Shown piece after piece: positions 58,610 to 64,000 of a stretch of DNA of 64,000 bases. The DNA is from an uncultured Candidatus Saccharibacteria bacterium (lineage in GTDB: Bacteria; Patescibacteriota; Saccharimonadia; Saccharimonadales; JAGQNJ01): positions 27,233 through 91,232 of the forward strand of contig CAZBPY010000001.1 in NCBI GenBank assembly GCA_964493895.1, read 5' to 3'. The translations under genes and the position numbers were made by a program. How positions within the stretch are numbered: position 1 is the stretch's first letter; every line of letters starts with the position of its first letter. The notes under the pieces are model-generated. The model searched no databases. It worked only from the letters and a program-made list of their open reading frames with translations, and had not been told where the DNA came from.

Positions 58610-61237
58610 TTACAGATCGCCCCAGGTGTTGCCAATAGTGGTATCGACAGTCAGCTTAACAGATAGTTTGTAAACATTTTCCATAGTTTTCTTGAGAGTT
58701 TTAGCAACAGCTTCGGCTTTATCTTTTGGACACTCTACCAGGATGGAGTCGTGGATCTGCAACAACTGGACACAATCTTTGTCCAATTTATTATCAACTG
58801 CCACCATGGCCATTTTCATAATGTCAGCCGCTGTTCCTTGGAAAGGCATATTGACGGCAGCTCGCATGGCGGCTTCACGAACCATAAAATTAGACGACTT
58901 TACATCAGGGGTCGGCCGGCGGCGGCCCAGTAAGTTTTCGACATATCCTTCTTCTTTGGCCTGCTTTTTGACTGATTCAATATATTTCAGCAGTTTTGGT
59001 CGAACCTCGAAGTACTTGGCTATAAACTCCTTGGCTTGAGCATAAGTCATACCAGTTGCAGCCACCAAACCATGCGGACCAAGACCATACATAACGCCGA
59101 AATTTACTACCTTAGCGTCGCGGCGCATGTTTTTGGTGATGTCCTCGGGTTGGCGTCCATACACCTGAGCCGCGGTGGCAGTGTGGACATCGACGTCACG
59201 GTTGAACATGTCAATCATGTCCTTGTCTTGTGATAGATGAGCAGCTATTCTCAGCTCAAACTGGGAGTAATCAGCACTTACGAACACATTTCCCTTTTCA
59301 GGTATAAAAGCCTCTCGAATACGACGGCCTAGATCAGTACGAATCGGTATGTTTTGCAGGTTGGGATCGTTAGAGCTAAGCCGCCCCGTCTGGGCCACAG
59401 TCAAAGCAAAAGTGGTGTGAATGCGGGAATTCTCATCAACTTGTTTTGGTAAGGTGTCTATATAGGTCGACTTTAGTTTGGTGACCTCTCGGTATTGGGT
59501 GATCAAATCAATAATTGGGTGTTGGCCGCGCAGCTTATCAAGCTCGGTCGCCGCTGTCGAGTAACCGGTTTTGCCTTTCTTAATTCCGGCAGTTGGTAAG
59601 CCCAATTTTTCAAACAAAACTTCTGCCAACTGGCCAGGACTGGAGATGTTAAATTCCATGTCGGCATGGCCGTAGATTTTTTGCTGAACATCAGATATCA
59701 GGTCATCGACTTCAGTCGACATTTTCTTCAAGTAGCCGGTGTCAAGTTTGATGCCTCGGTACTCCATACGAGCCAGCACCGCTGTCAACGGCCACTCAAC
59801 TTTCTTGGCCAGTTTGGCAACTTTAGGCAATTGTTGAAGCTTTTTATACTGGTCAGAGTACAGCGCCCGAACCACGGCCATAACTTCGCTGTCTTGAAGC
59901 TGGCCTTCCTCGAGATGAATGCCAATTTCGGCCGCCAGTTCCGGCAGACTTTGAATGCGCCGCAATGAATCAATCAAAAAGGCGCCGATGAGCACGTCGT
60001 GGCCGACTTTTTCAGCCCTGATGCCAAGCCCTAGGAGTATTTGCAAAGACTTCTTGACATCATAGCCAATCAGTTCAGCCTCAGCGATGTATTCAGCTAG
60101 TTTCTTGGCGACAACTTCCGGGCCAAGCTTCTTAATGTCAAACCTAATCAGCGTTTTAGCATCCGGTGACAAGGACAGTTGAACCGGATCGCGACCGTGC
60201 GGACCGGATTGTCCGTCAATAATTAGTTGCTTAACCTTAGGTAAAGTCAGTTTGTCCAACTTTTCAGGCGTATCAATGATAATTGGCTCGACAACTTTTA
60301 GATTAGATACAATTTTGGCTTGTTCGACTGCTTCGGGAACCTTCATAATCTCCGGTAACTGCTGAGCCAGCCGGCGAAACTCCAATTCTTCCAACTTTTT
60401 CTGAATAGACAGCGGATCACACTTGCTGCCGTCCATCTCCTTGAGGTTTAACTTCAACGGTGCATCAGTCCATATGGCTGCTAAGTCCTTGCTCAAGTAA
60501 GCCGATTCCTTGCCGGCCTCAAGTTTAGCCCGAATTGAATCCTTAACTTTGTCTAGATTCTTATAAATGTTGTCCAAGTCGCCAAATTCTTGCAGCAAAC
60601 TGACTGCTCCCTTTTCGCCAATACCTGGCACACCGGGTATATTATCTGAACTGTCGCCCTTAATGCTTTTTAGATCCAAAAATTGTTCAACCTTAATGCC
60701 GTATTTTTGCTCAAAGCTTTCAGGATGAAAAAGCTCGATGTTACTCAGACCTTTTTTTAGAGCATAAACGTGGACATTACCGTTTATCACCTGGAGTAAA
60801 TCCAGATCACTGGTAACCAGCATGGTATCAAGCCCTTTGGCCCGGGCTTGAACCGCCAGGGTACCCATAATATCATCGGCTTCATAGTCATCCAGTTCGT
60901 ACAGCGGCCAGCCGAAGGTCTCTAGTAGTTCGTGCAAAACTGGAATTTGCTCTTTGAAATCAGCCGGAGCCGGTTTACGGCCGGCTTTATATGCCGGATA
61001 CATTTCAATCCGCCGGCGGATGTTGGTCTTGGGCTTGTCCCAGGCCACGCAGACATAATCCGGTTGAAGTTTCCTGATGACTTCTAGGGCCATGGTTGCA
61101 AAGCCAAATACTCCGCCAGTTGGAGTGCCGTCTTTTGTACTCAAATTCGGCATCGCATAATAGCCGCGGTAAAATACTGACTTGCCGTCAATAATCGCCA
61201 GCCGCTTTCGGCTAGTTTTCCCAGACTTTTCACTCAT
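58610..61237 (-). CDS. polA: DNA polymerase I
   Basis: 875 aa. 5' nuclease N-terminus (LAIIDGKSVFYRGYYA), family-A motifs DYSQFELRIAAHLS, RRDAKVVNFGVMYG, QIHDSILVE. Confidence 0.95.
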   Translation of the reverse strand: MSEKSGKTSRKRLAIIDGKSVFYRGYYAMPNLSTKDGTPTGGVFGFATMALEVIRKLQPDYVCVAWDKPKTNIRRRIEMYPAYKAGRKPAPADFKEQIPVLHELLETFGWPLYELDDYEADDIMGTLAVQARAKGLDTMLVTSDLDLLQVINGNVHVYALKKGLSNIELFHPESFEQKYGIKVEQFLDLKSIKGDSSDNIPGVPGIGEKGAVSLLQEFGDLDNIYKNLDKVKDSIRAKLEAGKESAYLSKDLAAIWTDAPLKLNLKEMDGSKCDPLSIQKKLEELEFRRLAQQLPEIMKVPEAVEQAKIVSNLKVVEPIIIDTPEKLDKLTLPKVKQLIIDGQSGPHGRDPVQLSLSPDAKTLIRFDIKKLGPEVVAKKLAEYIAEAELIGYDVKKSLQILLGLGIRAEKVGHDVLIGAFLIDSLRRIQSLPELAAEIGIHLEEGQLQDSEVMAVVRALYSDQYKKLQQLPKVAKLAKKVEWPLTAVLARMEYRGIKLDTGYLKKMSTEVDDLISDVQQKIYGHADMEFNISSPGQLAEVLFEKLGLPTAGIKKGKTGYSTAATELDKLRGQHPIIDLITQYREVTKLKSTYIDTLPKQVDENSRIHTTFALTVAQTGRLSSNDPNLQNIPIRTDLGRRIREAFIPEKGNVFVSADYSQFELRIAAHLSQDKDMIDMFNRDVDVHTATAAQVYGRQPEDITKNMRRDAKVVNFGVMYGLGPHGLVAATGMTYAQAKEFIAKYFEVRPKLLKYIESVKKQAKEEGYVENLLGRRRPTPDVKSSNFMVREAAMRAAVNMPFQGTAADIMKMAMVAVDNKLDKDCVQLLQIHDSILVECPKDKAEAVAKTLKKTMENVYKLSVKLTVDTTIGNTWGDL

Positions 61238-61276
61238 GACCTAATTATACTCTAGGTAGCTTTAGTCGGCCTGCGA

Positions 61277-62800
61277 CTAATTAATTAGTTCTTTCAGTTC
61301 TCTTAGCCGGGTGGACGGATGGCGTATGATGCTAAAGGCTTTACTTTCGATTTGTCGGATACGTTCTCTGCCGGTACCCATAATTTTTCCTACTTCTTCG
61401 AGAGTCATAGTTTCCCCATCACTGCCGATGCCATATCGTAACCTTAGTACCATTTTTTCCGCAGGCGGAAGTCCGTCAAGCATTTGCTCGACCCGCTGGT
61501 GCATCTCATCGGCAAACACACCCTCGTCTATTGGCGGTATTGAGTGGTCGGGAATAATGTCTTGTATCTCATATTTATCCTCTGGTCCGGTAGGATAATT
61601 GATCGACATACTTTCAGTTAGCCGTAACGACCGCATTATTTTTTTAACTTCTTGTTCGGATAAATTCATTAACCCTGCCAGTTCTTCGATGATTGGCCTG
61701 TCTCCTCTTTCTTTATTTTCAAGCATGCTCATATACTTCTTTAGCTGGGCGACACGTTGGGCCTCACTAGATGTGAGCCTAATGGTTGATGATTTGTCAC
61801 CTAACTCTCGTTGTATGGCTTGTTTTATCCACCATGTGGCATATGTTGAGAACTTAAATCCTTTACGCCAGTCAAATTTCTCAACAGCATGCATTAAACC
61901 TAAGTTACCATCTTGAATTCTATCGAGAATACTTCTGTGCGAGGATTTATACTTTTTAGCTATTGATACGACTAAACGTAAATTAGCCTGGGTAAATCGC
62001 TTCTCTGCGGCATCAGCTGCTTCGATTAGCCTAAGATGCTCTTGCTTTTGGCCAGCTGGCAACTCATCCCAGTCCGGCGAATTGCGTAGCTGTCTAGAGG
62101 AAGCTGCAGCTTCAATTGTCTGAGCAAGCTCGACTTCTTCATCTGCAGTTAGCATAGGCGTCTGGCCTATTTCGCTCAAATACTGTTTCAGTAGGGCCTC
62201 CGACTCACCTACGTCATTTCTTTCAGACCCTCTTCTTCTGGATCGCCGTCTGGTTTTTGGACGCTCAGCTCTTGCCCTAGTCAATAGCCGCCCCTCATTA
62301 GGTTTAGGATCCTCATTATGATCTGTGTTTCTGCCGTCTGGTTGATAAATCAGCGCTATCATTCCCAGAACGTTTTCCACTGAAGCAATGTTGTCGATTT
62401 CTTCCTCAACTTCTGCCTGAAAATTCTCTAAGGAAAGCGGGTTTTCTCCTGGAGCGCCTGTATGATTATCGAATCTCATGGCAATATGTGTCGCTGCGCC
62501 TAAGCAAAGCGCTTGGGCTATCTCTGATACTTCGACATCACCTCCAATATCTTCTGATAGCTCATGGGAACGAATGAATATTTTTGGCAGTGATGATGTC
62601 AGGACTGTGGTGAGTTGGTCAGAGTTTGTTACTGGTTCGCTTTGATCCACTTGGTCAATTAGGCCTGCGAATGAAGAGAGATTGTCACCTTCAACAAAGG
62701 TGAACTCAAAAATATCGCTAATTTTGGTGAGCATTCTGTCCGCCCACACCTCTGGAGAATCCTCACCGCCAGCAGCTTCTACTGGAGGTACAGCCAACAT
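61277..62800 (-). CDS. rpoD: primary-type RNA polymerase sigma factor (sigma70 family) with ~200-aa acidic N-terminal region
   Basis: Region 2 DRIQDGNLGLMHAVEKFDWRKGFKFSTYATWWIKQAI. Region 4 TLEEVGKIMGTGRERIRQIESKA. Confidence 0.9.
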   Translation of the reverse strand: MLAVPPVEAAGGEDSPEVWADRMLTKISDIFEFTFVEGDNLSSFAGLIDQVDQSEPVTNSDQLTTVLTSSLPKIFIRSHELSEDIGGDVEVSEIAQALCLGAATHIAMRFDNHTGAPGENPLSLENFQAEVEEEIDNIASVENVLGMIALIYQPDGRNTDHNEDPKPNEGRLLTRARAERPKTRRRSRRRGSERNDVGESEALLKQYLSEIGQTPMLTADEEVELAQTIEAAASSRQLRNSPDWDELPAGQKQEHLRLIEAADAAEKRFTQANLRLVVSIAKKYKSSHRSILDRIQDGNLGLMHAVEKFDWRKGFKFSTYATWWIKQAIQRELGDKSSTIRLTSSEAQRVAQLKKYMSMLENKERGDRPIIEELAGLMNLSEQEVKKIMRSLRLTESMSINYPTGPEDKYEIQDIIPDHSIPPIDEGVFADEMHQRVEQMLDGLPPAEKMVLRLRYGIGSDGETMTLEEVGKIMGTGRERIRQIESKAFSIIRHPSTRLRELKELIN

Positions 62801-62853
62801 GGGATTGTATTATAAAGAAATTATCAGCAAAATCACAGTGCTAGTGATTAATA

Positions 62854-63969
62854 CTAGCTGCGTCGATCTCGCAAGTACAAGGCCAAGCCGCGTAAGAACT
62901 GCGTGCCCTTGGGTGACCAATAATTTTGTTGTTCAGCCAGCGATTTTAGGGCTCGATCAATATGGTCTTGAGCACGTTTTTTTGCGTAATCCAGGGCGCC
63001 AGACTCTTCTAAAATCTCTTTACAGCGCCCAAACTCGGCGGCGGTTAGGTTTGTGTTGCCAAGCATTTGCAGCAAGAAGTTTTTGTCGGCCTGGTTGGCG
63101 TGTTTCAGGGCATAAACCGTCAATACGGTTCTTTTGCCCTCGCGGATGTCGTCAAATGGACTTTTGCCGGACTCAAACTCCTGACCGAGAGTACCCAAAA
63201 TGTCATCGGTGATTTGAAAAGCTCGTCCGGCTTGCAGAGAATACTCCCGAATAGCATCGGTCGGACCGCAGCCAACCCCGGCTAGGCACATACCGAATGT
63301 CAGCGGATTTAGAAATGAGTAATGGGCCGTTTTCCATTCTTCTACCCTTTCAACCTCATCCTCTCTGACCTGTCCAACAACTTCGTTAAAAATATCGTGA
63401 ACCTGCCCGTGACCAGTGGTCACCATAGCATAATTCAGCACACTGATGGCTTTAACGCGAAGCTCGGCATCAACCTCTAAATTGGCCAGTTTCATGTGGG
63501 CTGCATGGTTGGCCATCAAGGCCGCATTCATAGCAATCGACTCACCAAAATGCTGGCTATCATCGGCCCAGGCCTTCTTTTTATGATGAGCCGCCAAACT
63601 TTCATGAGCCGTCGGGCCACCCCGTCTCACCGGTGAACGGTCGTTGATATCATCAATTACCAACACGTAAGCATGGATCATTTCAATGGCTGCGGCGGCT
63701 TGAACAATCATTTTATGATCTTGGCCGCCAACCATCTCGTAACCCAGACAAGTCAGTGCTCCGCGGATGCGTTTGCCGCCGCGCTCTAAAACATCAAGAT
63801 AAGCATCCAGCGCTAACCGTGATTGAACACCAAAATTTTGCAAAGTAGATTTTCGGGTCTCATTGGCATAGGCCGCAATCTCGGCGTCAATCGCCTTTTT
63901 ATATTTCCCAAGCTGCTTGGCAAAATAGGCAATGTCGGTCTGATCCTTGGTCAATTGTTTTTGTGCCAT
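62854..63969 (-). CDS. polyprenyl diphosphate synthase (trans-IPPS, GGPP/FPP-synthase-like)
   Basis: First Asp-rich motif LVIDDINDRS, second FQITDDILG, GKRTVL. TATAAT lies 7 nt upstream of the ATG. Confidence 0.85.
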   Translation of the reverse strand: MAQKQLTKDQTDIAYFAKQLGKYKKAIDAEIAAYANETRKSTLQNFGVQSRLALDAYLDVLERGGKRIRGALTCLGYEMVGGQDHKMIVQAAAAIEMIHAYVLVIDDINDRSPVRRGGPTAHESLAAHHKKKAWADDSQHFGESIAMNAALMANHAAHMKLANLEVDAELRVKAISVLNYAMVTTGHGQVHDIFNEVVGQVREDEVERVEEWKTAHYSFLNPLTFGMCLAGVGCGPTDAIREYSLQAGRAFQITDDILGTLGQEFESGKSPFDDIREGKRTVLTVYALKHANQADKNFLLQMLGNTNLTAAEFGRCKEILEESGALDYAKKRAQDHIDRALKSLAEQQNYWSPKGTQFLRGLALYLRDRRS

Positions 63970-64000
63970 GGGCTATATTATAAACCCGCTAGAGTCCTAG

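Noticed and set aside
1-64000. Search for CRISPR arrays, reverse transcriptase/DGR repeats, transposases, toxin-antitoxin pairs and known defence-system signatures.
   Set aside because: I noticed no spaced direct-repeat arrays. The ORF set shows no RT, Cas, transposase, restriction or ATPase-nuclease modules. The only repeats seen are low-complexity coding repeats (Pro-rich tail around 52.0-52.1 kb, the AKP tail of S20) and short promoter motifs.

Overview
This is a 64 kb window of a compact, roughly 90% coding bacterial chromosome. GC content by eye is about 45-50%, and genetic code 11 gives long uninterrupted ORFs.

**Likely taxon.** Several features suggest a Patescibacteria/CPR genome, probably Saccharibacteria (TM7). 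They are a minimal housekeeping set, many orphan proteins with signal peptides or TM anchors, a type IV pilus (T4P) locus with no secretin gene in the window, RNase J, and Ig-like surface domains. This is inference only; no database search was possible.

**Layout.**
- 1-5.6 kb: tgt (partial, found by hand), a non-coding transcription unit, nrdR, a processive GT2 synthase with a small membrane partner, tRNA-Thr and tRNA-Asp, and a Cys-type sulfatase.
- 6.1-13.1 kb: a five-gene secreted or anchored surface locus.
- 13.2-20.2 kb: orphan proteins, an RRM RNA-binding protein, a parvulin PPIase, tRNA-Arg, a NUDIX hydrolase, ndk and a Xer recombinase.
- 20.2-34.2 kb: a complete T4P locus. It holds a PilX-like gene, three minor pilins, pilD, pilA, pilC, pilT, pilB, pilO, pilN and pilM, plus two upstream secreted or anchored genes.
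- 34.3-64 kb: a mostly minus-strand housekeeping array. It contains ychF, crp-family, tlyA, efp, rpsR-ssb-rpsF, ftsK, rnj, udg, pnp, rpsO, truB, rpsT, holA, mutM, polA, rpoD and a polyprenyl synthase, interspersed with orphans.

**Most notable observations.**
1. At 17 gene starts a -10 hexamer sits 6-8 nt upstream of the ATG, which suggests widespread leaderless mRNAs.
2. The surface locus resembles a Firmicutes csc/WxL complex, but Y-x-hydrophobic replaces the WxL motifs.
3. The last ~125 codons of ftsK form a sharp GC/GC3 island.
4. A ~200 nt ORF-free unit between tgt and nrdR has a consensus promoter and an intrinsic terminator.
5. The pilus promoters share a sequence motif.
6. Several proteins look like pseudoenzymes or atypical variants: a DHH fold lacking its catalytic motifs, a kinase-like orphan, an Arg-type EF-P, and an MgtE pore with no sensor domains.

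I recognised no CRISPR array, transposase, reverse transcriptase, prophage or known defence system. All functional calls rest on motif recognition from the translated ORFs, not on searches.
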